DNA of 64,000 nt from Eledone cirrhosa (lineage: Eukaryota). A program made the position numbers and the translations under genes. This document shows, in pieces, positions 1 through 57,600 of the stretch (the stretch's first letter is position 1; the number at the start of each line of letters is the position of its first letter). The stretch is taken from assembly GCA_964016885.1 (NCBI GenBank), contig OZ024743.1:51646001-51710000 (forward strand), given 5' to 3'. The notes under the pieces were generated by a model. The model saw only the letters and a program-made list of their open reading frames with translations, had not been told where the DNA came from and searched no databases.

Positions 1-1215
1 AATAATCTACTATATTTAGCTTTTGTTGATCTAGAAAATGCCTTTGACAGAGTACCTTGATCTATTATCTGGTGGTCCTTAAGGAAATTAGTTGTAGGCT
101 TGTGAGAGCAGTGCAAGCCATGTACAGAAGAGCTGTTAGTAAAGTGAGAATAGGAAGTGAGTTTAGTGAGAAATTCAAGGGACAGGTAGGAGTTCATTAA
201 GGTTTGGTCCTTAGCTCACTGCTGTTCATCATAGTTCTCCAGGCCATAACGGAGGAGTTTAAAACTAGCTATCCATGGGAACTTCTCTATGTGGATGATT
301 TGGTCCTTATAGCTGAATCCATAAAAGAACTAGAGAATAAGTTGCAACTATGGAAACAGAATTTGGAATCAAAAAGGTTTGAAAGTAAATTTAGCCAAAA
401 CTAAAGTGCTAGTAAGTAGGAAAGAAGATAGGACCCTAATTCCTTCAGGGAAGTGGCCCTGCTCAATATGTAGAAAAGGAATAGGCATAAACTTTATACA
501 ATGTACACCATGTAAATCTTTGGTACACAAGAGGTGTAGTGGCATAACAGGTTGACTAACAAGAAGTCAAGACTTTGTATGTAGAAGATGCACAGGGGTA
601 ATCAAGGGGAACAGCGTCAGTGATATAAACCTCTTCCAATTCCATGAAGGATCTCTAGAAATGATTGATAGCTTCTGCTTTCTAGGTGACCTAATTAGCA
701 GCGGAGGAGGGTGCTTTGAGAGCATAATAGCTAGGATAAAGATAGAATGGAAAAAGTTTAGAGAGGTACTCCTCTGTTGACAAAAAAAGGTTTCTCCCTA
801 GATACAAAAGGATGGCTGTGTGATGCTGCATGGTAGTGAAAACATGGGCAGTGACTGCAGAGTCATTCATAGGTTGGAGAGAAATTAAACAACCATGCTT
901 CATTGGATGTGCAATGTAAGTGTGGGGGAAAGGCAGTGCCTGGATGAACTGAGGGAGAAGCTGGCTTTAAGAGGAATCTAAGGTGGTGTGCAAGAGAGAA
1001 GACTGTATTGGTGAAGAAGTGCCAGGAAATGCCAGTGGAAGGAAGCCACATTGAACAAAAGAAGACAGAGGTGGTGAGAGATGATCTCAAATCACTGAGA
1101 CACAGAGGATATGATGAAGGAATGCGATGAATGGAGAAATGGTGTGCTAAAAAGGACCCATCCAACCCATGCGAGTGTGGTAAAATGGAAGTAAATTGAT
1201 AATTATGATGATGAT
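1..1215 (+). mobile_element. Decayed RTE-clade LINE, 3' part of RT region
   Basis: Translates in pieces to YLAFVDLENAFDRVP, LQAITEEFKTSYPWELLYVDDL and WPCSICRKG with stops and frameshifts. Homologous to the intact RTE at 54571-57955 and ends near (GAT)n. Confidence 0.9.
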
Positions 1216-1289
1216 GATTATATATATAATCAGCGTTTTAACATCCGCTTTCTCTGCTAGCAAGAGCTGGACTATATCATTTCATCATT

Positions 1290-1618
1290 TTCATCATTTC
1301 ATTTTACATCCGTTTTTCTCTGCTTGCAAGGGTGGGACGGGAACTGATTCTGGCTTGATTTCTACAGCTGGATGCCCTTTCTAACACCAACCTCATTTAC
1401 AGTGAGGGTGCTTTTTTGCCATGGTACCTCCACAACCACTCTGCAGTGGAATGATAGGGACCCCAGTCCTATCATCTCATTTCTACAGCTGAGTAAACTG
1501 GAGCAATGTGAAATAAAGTGTCTTGCTGAAGGAAAGAACACATCACCCGGTCTGAGAATTGAACTCACAACCTTTCGATTGCAAGGCCAATGCTCTAACC
1601 ACTAAGCCATGTGCCTCA
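1290..1618 (-). mobile_element. tRNA-derived CORE-type SINE with RTE-derived tail
   Basis: Reverse complement of the copy at 24797-25182. Confidence 0.8.
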
Positions 1619-2123
1619 ATAAATATATATATATATATATATATACGGGGTAACAAATAATAGTTATATGCAGTCCACTTAGGTGGTATTCCGGGTAGTG
1701 GATGATATCAACGCTTGGCTTGGTTTGACTCAACAAGGCGTTTTCATAGTGATGTTGCGAGTATGCTGTAATTCCTATGTTGTAAACACTTGGAGTAATA
1801 ATAAATCAGGAAAGAAGATTGATATGGTTTGCTATACAAAAAAGGTTTTTAATCTCATTGCTGACAATTGTTTCTCTGAACTGGTAGGTCTAGAGATCGC
1901 TATTCGTTTGTTTTCACGTTACTCGATCGCCAATACAAAATTATAACCAGTCAGTTCTTCGGAGCATGCGAGAATGAAGAGGATATACAGGCATGAAAGG
2001 AATATACAGGCTACTATATGAAGTAGTAATGGCATTGTTAGAACAATAACAACAATTACAACAATGTCTAGTACAGGTAATCGATGGTTGGGGTGTCTAC
2101 TTGGGTAGTCTATAGTAACTCTA

Positions 2124-3753
2124 ATGCTCTGGTGGATGGAGTTTGCTATTTGCTGGATGCTTTCCATTGTGTTTCCATTGTGTTTCCGTGGGATTGATAC
2201 CAGTGAGCTGGGACTTCTACTTAAGCTTACCCATAGTAATAGTTACCTAGACACTTATGACCTTAGTAACCTGTGCCCTACAAGACCAGCAAGAGGCAGA
2301 CCACCTACCATTACCTCAATGGCCAAGAAAACCCACACAGATAGATGGAACGGGTGGACCAGAGCCATACGGACACCCGAAAACCACGATGAACTGAAGA
2401 AAATGATTGCACATGCGGTAGGGGCCAGCATAAAATTAACCCTTAAGGAACATATGTTCAAATTTAATGGAAAAACATATGCCCAAGAGGAAGGAGCAGC
2501 CATTGGTGTTAGCATTGCAGGCGACATAGCTAACTTATTCATGGTATGGTGGGACAGTAGACTTAAACTTAAACTTAAAGAACAATTAGAAGACAGCTTA
2601 ACCCTGATAATGTACTCCCGCTACATAGATGATATAAACATCGTAGTTAAGACACCCCCACTAGAGAACAGTCAGGAACTAGAGAAAAACACAATGGAAA
2701 GCATCCAGCAAATAGCAAACTCCATCCACCAGAGCATTAGAGTTACTATAGACTACCCAAGTAGACACCCCAACCATCGATTACCTGTACTAGACACAGA
2801 GCTCTGGTTAGATACCATTAACAACCAAAAACAAATCCTCCATTCCCATTATGCCAAACCCATGACTTCCAAACATCTGATCCACCGAAACTCGGCCATT
2901 TCGGACCATACCAAAATCAACATACTGATTGCGGATTTGGTACGGGTGATGAGAAATGTGTCCCGCATGTGCAACCCCGAAGAACTAGAGAGACACATAC
3001 AACACTTCATCCACCGTATGCAGTTCTCTGGCTACAATCAGAGAGATAGAATCAGAGTGTATAGAGGAGCCAGAACCAAATGGGAAAAAAATGGTAAATA
3101 ATGACATAAATGGGACCTGCCCCTTGTATAGGAGCAAATTTTGGAATAGAATAGAAAGAACTAGGAACAAGGCCAATAGAATAAACTCATGGTATGATAG
3201 CAATAAATGCCAGAGTGTAATGTTCATCAATACAACCCCTAGAGGCGAACTAGCCTACAAATTTAGAAGGGCCCTAAATAAACATAAACTCAATATTAAG
3301 ATAGTAGAAAGACCAGGTACCTCTGTAAAAACACTTATTAGCAAGACATACCCGTTCCAAAGACCCTCATGTATAGACAAGAAATGTATAACCTGTAAAA
3401 TAAGCCCCCATATTAACTGTAAAACTAGAAATGTAGTGTATAGCATAAGATGTACTGAAGGACAATGTAGAAACAAAAATATAGTGTACATAGGTGAGAC
3501 AGCTCGTAGTATAGGGGAACGGATAAATGAACACTGGCGAGACCTTCAAGATAATAAAGAATCATCTGTACTCTACCAACATGCTAAGATAGAACACAAG
3601 GGTAAATTAGAGAACATAGAAATAAAAATAGAATCTACACACAGAAAAGATGCAATGTTTAGGCAAATTACAGAGGCAGTAAACATAAAAGAATTACAAC
3701 CAAAATTAAATAGAAAATATGAGTGGAACAGCAACATCACAACTTACAATTAA
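2124..3753 (+). pseudogene. PLE RT-GIY-YIG ORF split by one extra A
   Basis: ORFs 2124-3101 and 3091-3753 join if the A7 run at 3085-3091 is read as A6 (TGG GAA AAA ATG GTA). Confidence 0.85.
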
Positions 3754-3954
3754 GGACAAAATGAAAACACACACACACATAGAACAAACAACCAACCAAC
3801 ATGTAAATAAATAAACAAATAGATAAATGAACACAAACACACACAGACACCCGGATGTGGCGCATGCGCAAACTGAGCACACAACACACACACAGAAACA
3901 AAATGGCGTAGGACAGAAGAAAGGAAAGGCACAGAAACAAAGAAAGGAATCCCC

Positions 3955-3999
3955 AGTCACTGAAGAGGTCACAGAGTGTGTGACGAAAGGACTATGACT
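3955..3999 (+). ncRNA. Minimal type I hammerhead-like motif in PLE 3' UTR
   Basis: AGTCA-CTGAAGA-g-GTCACA(gagtg)TGTGAC-GAAA-GGAC-TA-TGACT: stem I, catalytic core, stem II, GAAA and UH site. There is one extra G before stem II. Confidence 0.7.
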
Positions 4000-4211
4000 A
4001 TATATAAACAACTATCTGGTTGTGGAACCAACCAACCAACCAGAAATTTATAAGTTTGTAGATTTGTAAATTTATAAATATATAATAAATTGAAGTGAAA
4101 GCAACTGGTGCGTGTGTTTTTTATTGGCAACATGACCCTCCCAAAGTATAACAATATCGGTTTCAACACACGATTTCAGATAAAGAATCTTGCTAAACAA
4201 ATTCAGAAACG

Positions 4212-4267
<56 letters not shown>

Positions 4268-4272
4268 CACAG

Positions 4273-4328
<56 letters not shown>

Positions 4329-4349
4329 GTCCTTCTATCTTCCCCACAG

Positions 4350-48975
<44,626 letters not shown>

Positions 48976-49883
48976 CCACCAAGAACAGCATACATGACAA
49001 AACCAATAACGATAAACATTAAAAACATACAACAAATATAACAACATACATGAAAATCAGAAATTCGAGAAAAACTAACTTCCATAAAAATGTTTGTTTT
49101 TAATATATTTATTTAATATTTGTTTGTTTTTTGTTTATTAATTTTTTAAAAATCTAATTTAATACCGTATTTTAAATGTCTTGTTGATTAAAGTTTTATT
49201 GTGTGTGGTCGAGGTATAAACATGATTTGGATGACACAAGAACAAGATACAACACTCCCACCTTTACCGTGTGTTTCTATCATGTCCTTGTGCTGTCCAA
49301 ATCATCTTGGTACCCTTGTGGCAAATAAAGAAATTGTTGTTATTGTTATTATTAATCTATGTAAATTTTAATTAAAAATGTGGTGGATTGATACTGTCCT
49401 ACAGAGATCAATTTTGTCCTTCATCATTCAGGGATTAAGATAAAATAGCAGTCAAGTACTAGGGTTGATTTAATCAACTAACCTACCCACCCCTGCCCAA
49501 TTTCTGGCCTTATACTTTATTAGTCAGGGTTTAAAAATTACATCTGACATTTCCTGTCTTGAAACATGAACTAAGTTCCTCTTGGAATACATCTGTAGAA
49601 GTGTTTAACATTAACGTTTAAAGTTCATGAAAATGTTGAAGGTTTTTGTCATCATCGTTATAATCACTATCATCACCATCATCATCACTACCATCATCAC
49701 TTTGTTTTATTTCTCACTCAAGTGACAATTGCTGACATTATTTTTGTCATTATTGATGCTGCTGCTGCTGTTATATTTCCATTAATCATCATTTTTGTTT
49801 GAACACTAAATTAAATAATGGTCTTAGACTCAATTAGTAACATCACATCGCAGCTCTCTCTCTCTCTCTCATCATCATCATTT

Positions 49884-49941
<58 letters not shown>

Positions 49942-50455
49942 TAGTGATGAATTAGAAGGCAGTAGGTTAGAATTTCACTACATTCTATTTATTATGTAAT
50001 CACTGTTATACATATTTTGAAAGTATCCATTATGTAATCCTCAGATATGGTCTCCTCAGACAGTTCTCACTTGTATAAATATTAGTGATGTAAGTTCTTA
50101 TTATGACATATACCAGCTGGTGGGCTTCAGGTGTTCTATCTTCAGCACCTAGCTGACATGTTTATGCAAGTAAGAATTGTTTTAAGAGATCGTATGTGAA
50201 GATTACATAATGGATGCCATAGAAATATGTATAACAACAATTACATAGTAAATAGAATGTGGTAAAATTCTAACCTTACTGCCTTTTAGTTCATTACTAC
50301 ATCAACACTCTGTCGTACTTACACATACATGATAGTATAGCTTCCCTGGTATGATACTATGCCGAGTGCTCAATCTTTATTACATAAGTGTATAGTGATC
50401 AATACTTGCAACTGGATAACTAATAATAGATTAATTAACACAAAATTACAATAAC
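49942..50455 (+). mobile_element. Older fold-back element in (TA)n, diverged about 140-bp arms plus tail
   Basis: About 49942-50085 is an imperfect reverse complement of about 50155-50300; degenerate CTGAGGA..GAAA core. Confidence 0.65.
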
Positions 50456-50519
50456 ATACATATATATATAACATATACATAGATTTGTATGTATGTATGG
50501 TGGTATATATATATATATA

Positions 50520-50743
50520 TATCATCATCATCGTTTAATGTCTATCTTCCACGCTAGCATGGGTTAGACGGGAGTTGTCCCACTTGAGACAAGATTGGTC
50601 GGGTGACCATGTCTCGCTCGTCTAGAACTCTATCTGGCAGGTTTTCTATGACTGGATGCCCTTCCTAACACCAACCACATTTACAGTGTGAACTGGGAAC
50701 TTTTTACCGTGTTACCTACATGGCCACATTACAGCGTGGACTG

Positions 50744-50748
<5 letters not shown>
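50520..50748 (-). mobile_element. RTE 3' UTR-only fragment
   Basis: Matches 54590-54810 and 16615-16845. Confidence 0.85.
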
Positions 50749-50779
<31 letters not shown>

Positions 50780-52982
50780 CTCTTAGATGAGAACAAAATG
50801 GGGACAATATATTTATAAAAAGAAAACAATCTGCCACGAATGATTAGCAGTTGGTTTATTGAACAGTGAGATCATGAATATGTTTTTATTGATGAGGAGG
50901 TAGGGTGTATTCCATTTAAAGCCATACTATGAACTGGCCGTTTTTTCAGCAAGGCATTTCCAATTATAATTTTTATATTTATTTTAAAATATATCATTGA
51001 GGCACTGAATTGGGGCCATAAGTTATCTGTAAATTCAATGTGTCTCCCTTGGTATCCTCCTGGGTCATGTCATTACAATTCTACCTGATGAAACTATGAG
51101 GGTTTGCAGAGAAAGAACAAATGAAAGAATGTGACAACTGTTCATTGGTTGATGCTGTTACCATTGGTCTCTATATATTTCAACATATTTGCTATCCTCC
51201 TGGCTAACACTAATACAATTCTGTCTATTGGGACCATCAGCCAACATTCACATAAGGTTTGCATAGACTGAGTCAATGAAAGAATGTGACAACCTTTCAT
51301 TGTTTGATTTCTACTTCAATAATTCATATTTTCAATGAAATAGCTCTCATACTAGAATTAATCAGAAATGTTTGTTTTTTAAAAATCATTTAACCCTTTT
51401 TTCTACCTAAAGATAAACTTTCATGTGTTTATCATAAGAATCTCTCATTTTATTTTTATTTTCTCTCACCCACTCCTTAATATTTCTGCGAAATAGCTCA
51501 TTGAAGATTTTTTCTGAAACCATGCCCTGTACAGCATGTACTGGGTGTACCTGGTATGTGTTTAAAATTGATTTGAAACAATGATTTGTTACTTTCAAAT
51601 TAATGTTGAACTCTACTATGATAGGGACACAACATACTGCAACTGGCAGTCACTGGATGATGATTGTGTCACAGGGACACAACATACTGTCTGGTGATTG
51701 TGGCAGAGAGACACAACATACTGTGATTAGAGGGTGATAGTCTTACAGATTTATCTACCCTTACTTAATTGTGGGGTGACTTTTGGCTTGTTTAAATTAC
51801 TTTTCTCAAATAACCGAGCTGCCCTAAGCTGTGTCACTTCCTGTGTACAAGCTTTTGATTATTGATTCTGCTTCACTCAAGATTGTCTTATTTGTCAAGT
51901 TATTGATTGTAACCAGTAAAATAATTGAAGTTGCTTTAGGTAAGTTGTCTGTTGTAATGATATCCTCATCATGTATTATGGGGTCTCTGCTGGCTATGTG
52001 TATAAATATCTATATCCTAAGTTGTTGGCATTGGGGAAGGCATCAAGCTGCAGAGGTTGTACCAAAAATGGAACGTATGTATAAAGCATGGTTCTCTAGC
52101 CTTAACCCTTACCAGCATGGAAAGCTGACACATAAAATGATGTACAATAACAGCAGATCAATGATATTGTTTCCACAAAGAAATGTTGATTAAACAGTAT
52201 TTCTTTTTGTGGAGTTTGGTACTATGGTTTCAGTAAAAACTCTATATTGTGTTCTGAGAGATTTCAAGATCAAGCTATCTGTGTGTTTCCTACTCACTTA
52301 GTTTCATCTTTCCAGATCAAGGGGTTAATTCAATTATACATAAAATATCTTTTCGTTACATTTCTTCAAATATATATGGGAGGACCATGGACTCTGTCAT
52401 AGCAAAGGCAAACTGTTTAGGAGAGGTCACTCCCAATATTGCTCAGGGAAGACATGGACACTATAAGCTGTAAGAAAGGCAACCTGTCAAGGAGAGTGGT
52501 CACTTCATATAAATACTGCACATGGAAGACATTAAAATTTTGTAAAGCATTTAGTCTGGGGCTCCACTGTTGTTTCTAACATTGATATAAGACCAGAAAT
52601 ATACTGGGGAGATGGTTTATTGATCCTAGAAGGATGAAAGGCAAAGTTGATCTTGGTAGGATTTGAACTCAGTACATGGGACAAATCTAAATTTTGTGAA
52701 ACATGTAGTCTGGCACCTCTACTGTTAATAATAACGATGATTTCTTTAATGATAATAATAATGTCTATAGGTGGTTTATTTTATGTATTTTGTTTCAAAG
52801 ATCTTAGATAAATCCATATAAGGTGTCACATTTTGATTAGGAAGCTATCTTATTTTATTATTTTTTTAATTTCAGTTATTTATATTATTTGTCTAACTTT
52901 TGTTAGCAAGGAAAACATATTAAATGATATTGATTTTATAATATTTCATTTCAATAAATAATTCCTGCAGCAGATATATATA

Positions 52983-53165
52983 TATATTTAAAATAGAAAA
53001 GGCTTCTACAGGACTAGAACTGTTTAATTCAGGAGAAATCATCAGGGCTTCCTGATGATTTCTCCTGAAGTCCTGTAGAAGCCTTTTCTATATTAAATAT
53101 TTATACTCTTTGTATTGAGTACCTTACTTACTGTGGTTACCCCCGATTGAACCCAGGATAAACTT
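52983..53165 (+). mobile_element. Short fold-back element in (TA)n with CTGATGA at the apex
   Basis: 52983-53047 versus 53052-53100 inverted (right arm has a deletion); tail 53100-53165. Confidence 0.65.
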
Positions 53166-53566
53166 ATATATATACAAGAAACTCAATCTGGTTTCTGAAC
53201 AACCTTTTACCTAGCAGCTACAGCAGTATTGACCCAGTCTCCACCTAACAACAACAATTGGTCGACAAGTCACCACCATGAAGTAGGCTCCACTCATCAA
53301 ATTGTATAAGGCTCCTCCACTCATCAGTCATGCTCCTACAACCACACCCCTACAATCATTGTCAGCCCTGTAGTAAACGGGAGCCTACCTTCAGCCCATC
53401 TAACTGGGAAGTAACAGGATAATTAAAAGGAATGTGACATGAGGAAAATCCAGGCACCACCACTTTTTGTAACATGACCCCTCATTATAATTAATGTTTT
53501 GTGTTAATTATAATAAACATTCTAAGATAGAGACCAATTATTAACATTTGAAGCCATCATTTTTTT

Positions 53567-53598
<32 letters not shown>

Positions 53599-54569
53599 CA
53601 CATACATGTTTATATTTGTTAATTAACTTAACAAATCTTAACTGCAATTCTTTCATTTGTCTTTTAATTAACCAATACCATGTTGCAAAGCTCAATAAAT
53701 ATGAATTAAAAATGAAATGTTTTAAATTCAATTTATTCACTCTTCTCCATTTCATATTATGGTTCTGATTGTTTTTGGAAAGCCAGTACAATGAAAACTA
53801 GTGTAAAGTAAGAAAAACATCAGTTTATACATTTACCTTATATTTCATATTTCAGGGTTATGACCCCTTTTTCAAAAGATTGGTGATGAGTAACACTGTT
53901 AGTCAGATGTGGCTGGATGGCTATTGTAACTCTACCAGTCTGTGCATGTTGCCTTTTTCTGACCCAGTATCTATACAAATGATCTTCACTTGTTATCACC
54001 AACATCATTTCCTTTGATAAAGGGGTCCTAACCCCAAAATATCATGAAATTTAAGGTAAAAGTGTTGTTTTGTTACGTTTTTCTTAACTTAACTCTAATT
54101 TTCACACCTGTATTTCTAACTTGCATTGTTTCAGCTGCAGCAGATGCCTTGGTGTTGCTAGGCCTTTGGTTTCTCACCCTTATGATAGGAGCCAGTGGAG
54201 GCTGTTCTGGTTCTATTGCCAAATGCAGATCTGCATGGAAATCATTTCGAGACTTCATACCAAGATTGTGGCCCCTGTAAGACCTGAGAAGAGGTTATCA
54301 GAGATAGTAACCTGTTGTAGAAAAACTGCCTAGAAAAAGGTCTCATCTAATCCATGCTAGCAGGAAAAAAGGAATAATAATTTAGTGATGTTTCAGTGAA
54401 TGTCAAGGAATTTAATCTAGTTTTGTTGTGTAAGCTGAGGCCACTATTCCACTACACCCTCCACTGTGTAACCCTGGGGCCACTATTAGATTGTGAACCT
54501 GCTAGTCCACCACAATCTTACTCTTTTATTGCTGTCACTTAGACTGCAACTGGTGCACCACATGCCAGA

Positions 54570-54570
<1 letters not shown>

Positions 54571-54600
<30 letters not shown>

Positions 54601-57600
54601 ACGTTTAACGTCCGTGTTCCACGCTTGCATGGGTTTGGACGGGGGTAGTCCCACTTGAGGCAAGAGTGATTGTCTTGCTCGCATAGGACTGTCTGGCAGG
54701 TTTTCTACAGTTGGATGCCCTTCCTAACACCAACCACATTTACAGTGTGGGTCTGGGAGGTTTTTACCGTGTTGCCTACACGGCCACATTACAGCGTGGA
54801 CTGTGTGTTTTTTTGTCGTGACACCTACACGATCTCATTTGTTTCGGCCCGGATGGCGCGGCACCAACATAACTTTACATAGGACGGGGTGGTGTGGATG
54901 GGGTGGGGGTGGTGGGGGTGGGACGGGGTGTATTTTGTTAGAGATGCCTACTGGCAAGGCGGGTCTTCTCTGTCACTGAGTACCGCCAAAGGTCTCGGTC
55001 CAGTGACATTGTCTTGGAGAGGTGTAAGTGTGTGAGGTCGGAGTTTATCAGCTCGTCCCAGGTTTTTCTAGGTCTGCCTATTCCGTGGCTACCGTCTATC
55101 TTTATTGCCCTGCACTTTGTTATACAGCTATCGACTTTCATGCGCATCACGTGTCCATACCAACGTAGCCTTCTCTCGAGTAAACAACATCTGATCCCTC
55201 TTATCTCTAATTTTTTCCTTAGTTCGTTTATGCTTTGCCGTTCACGTATATTACTGTTACACATCCAGCGGAGCATGCAAGCTTCGTTCCTCTCTAGTCT
55301 GCGTATATCCTCTGCACACAATGCCCAGGTCTCGCTGCCATGCAACATTGCTGTTCGTATGCAGGCATCGTACAACCTGCCTTTCATTTTTAGGGAGAAC
55401 CCTTTAGCAGCTAATAGTGGTATAAGCTCTCTGAACTTTTTCCAACCAGTTCTGACTCTAGCTACTGTACTTTCAGAGCACCCTCCCCCACTGCTGATTT
55501 TATCGCCCAGGTAACGGAAGCTGTCCACTATTTCTATAGAACCCTCTGCGCAATTGAAAGAGCTAGTATTGTGTGGGCACTTGCTGCTACTTATTGCACC
55601 AGAACACCGGCCACATGTAAAATCTATGTTCTTAGTTAGCTTACCTGTGATCCCACTACATCTTTTATGCACCCATACTTTGCATTTAGGACACAAAATG
55701 GAGTTTCTACCTACGCCTTTCCTACACACCGAGCACGACCATTTCCCAGAAGGGACCGCCGCCTTGTTTTCTTTCCTACAAACTAGAACTTTGGTCTTAG
55801 CCAGGTTAATTTTAAGTCCTTTTGACTCTAGGCCGTGCTTCCATGTTTGGAATTTCTTCTCTAGCTCGGCCATTGATTCCGCTATGAGTGTCAGGTCGTC
55901 TGCGTATAGGAGTTCCCATGGGCAGCCTGTCTTGAACTCCTCTGTTATAGCCTGAAGGGCAATAATAAATAGTAGGGGGCTGAGAACAGAGCCCTGATGG
56001 ACGCCAACTTTTACGCTAAACTCTTCACTATATTCGTTGTTAATTCTAACCTTACTGACTGTTTCTTTATACATGGCTTGTATAGCCCTCACAAGCCATT
56101 CGTCAACGCCTAGTTTTCTAAGAGCCCACCAGATAATGGAGCGGGGGACTCTGTCGAAGGCTTTCTCCAAGTCGACAAAAGCTAAGTAGAGGGGTTTACC
56201 TTTAGCTAGGTACTTCTCCTGTAGTTGTCGTACTATGAAAAGAGCGTCTGTGGTACTTTTGCCTGACACAAACCCGAACTGCATTTCATCTAGGTCAATT
56301 CTCTCTCTGATTAGTTGCGCTATTACTTTTTCTGTGACCTTCATGACCTGGTCGATTAATTTAATGCCTCTATAGTTACTCCTATCTAGGGCGTCTCCTT
56401 TACCCTTATAACAGTTAACGATGATGCTGCTATGCCAGTCCTTCGGAACAACCCCATTCTGTACGACTTGGTTAACTATGCGGGTGACCATGGTGTGTCC
56501 CACCGTGCCAGATGCCTTCAGCATCTCAGCAACTATTTCCGAAGGCCCAGCCGCCTTACCTGTCTTCATATCCTTGATTGCCTTACTTATTATACTCCCC
56601 TCGACTAACACTGCTGGTCCCTCTATTGGGTCGACATGGGGGAGACTGTCTTTCTCCCATTTATTCTCCTCATTTAGTAGCCTTTCATAGTGACACTTCC
56701 AAGCTGCCTTCTTATCAGTGTCGGTGATGGCAAGTATGCCATCATCGTTAAGTACACACTTCTCCCCGACAATATCACGGTTTTCCTTGACGCATTGCCT
56801 AGCAATCCTGAACACCTCACGTTTTTGGTCATCGCGTTGTAGGACATGCTTGAACTTTCTTTCCTCAGCTTCCCTTCTTGCTAAGTACACTTCTCTCCTA
56901 GCTTCCCTCCTGGCCACTTGATAGTCTACTCTACTTCCCCCATCCCGCCATACTTTCCAAGCCTGCTTTTTGGCCTTAATTGACTCCTCCACCTTACTGT
57001 TCCACCACCATGTTACTCTCCTCCTGCATACAGGCCTGCTCCAGCCACAGACTTCGTCTGTGGCCAACAGCAGGTTTGCTTTCAGAAATTCCCACTGTCC
57101 CTCTATATTGTCCGACTCTAAGTGTTCTTCCTTACTGTCGAAAGCATCAAGTAATATGTTTTGAAATTTATTTTTGGCTGTGGGGTCCTTTAGCTTCCAT
57201 ATTTTTCTCCTGAGGATAGTCCTCTTCTGCTGTCGAGTACGTCTCGACCTGACTATGAGGTCGCTAATTATCAGTCTATGTTGGGAGGTGCATTCTTCAT
57301 GGGGGAGGGATTTAGTGTTTACAACAGACACTCTGTCACGTCTTCTGGTAAGGATATAATCTACCTGGCTTGTGTGTTCCCCGGATCTATAGGTGATCAG
57401 GTGATTGTCACGTTTTTGGAAGTTAGTGTTACAGATAGTTAGGTTATTTGCATCACAGAATTCCAGGATTCTGGAGCCTTCCTCATTTCTAGTACCAAAC
57501 CCATAGCCTCCATGGATTTCGTCGTAGCCGTCACAATGTTGCCCAACGTGACCATTTAGGTCGCCTGCAATAATTATATAGTCACTGTCAGATATTTGGG

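Larger units (their letters stand above)
2065..4212 (+). mobile_element. Penelope-like retroelement (RT + C-terminal GIY-YIG), 5'-truncated with a 5' inversion, flanked by (TA)n
   Basis: RT motifs YAQEEGAAIG..IANLFM and YSRYIDDI; GIY-YIG motif NVVYSIRC...VYIGETARSIGERINEH. 2065-2175 is the reverse complement of about 2686-2797. Hammerhead-like motif in the 3' UTR; (TA)n at 1623-1645 and from 4213. Confidence 0.9.

Noticed and set aside
3081-3093. Programmed frameshift at GGGAAAAAAA in the PLE
   Set aside because: PLEs normally have a single ORF. Restoring the frame needs loss of one A, so a homopolymer indel is simpler.
53856-54055. AG/GT-bounded candidate exon downstream of the C2 gene
   Set aside because: Lies past the stop codon, with no recognisable protein and no supporting partner exons.
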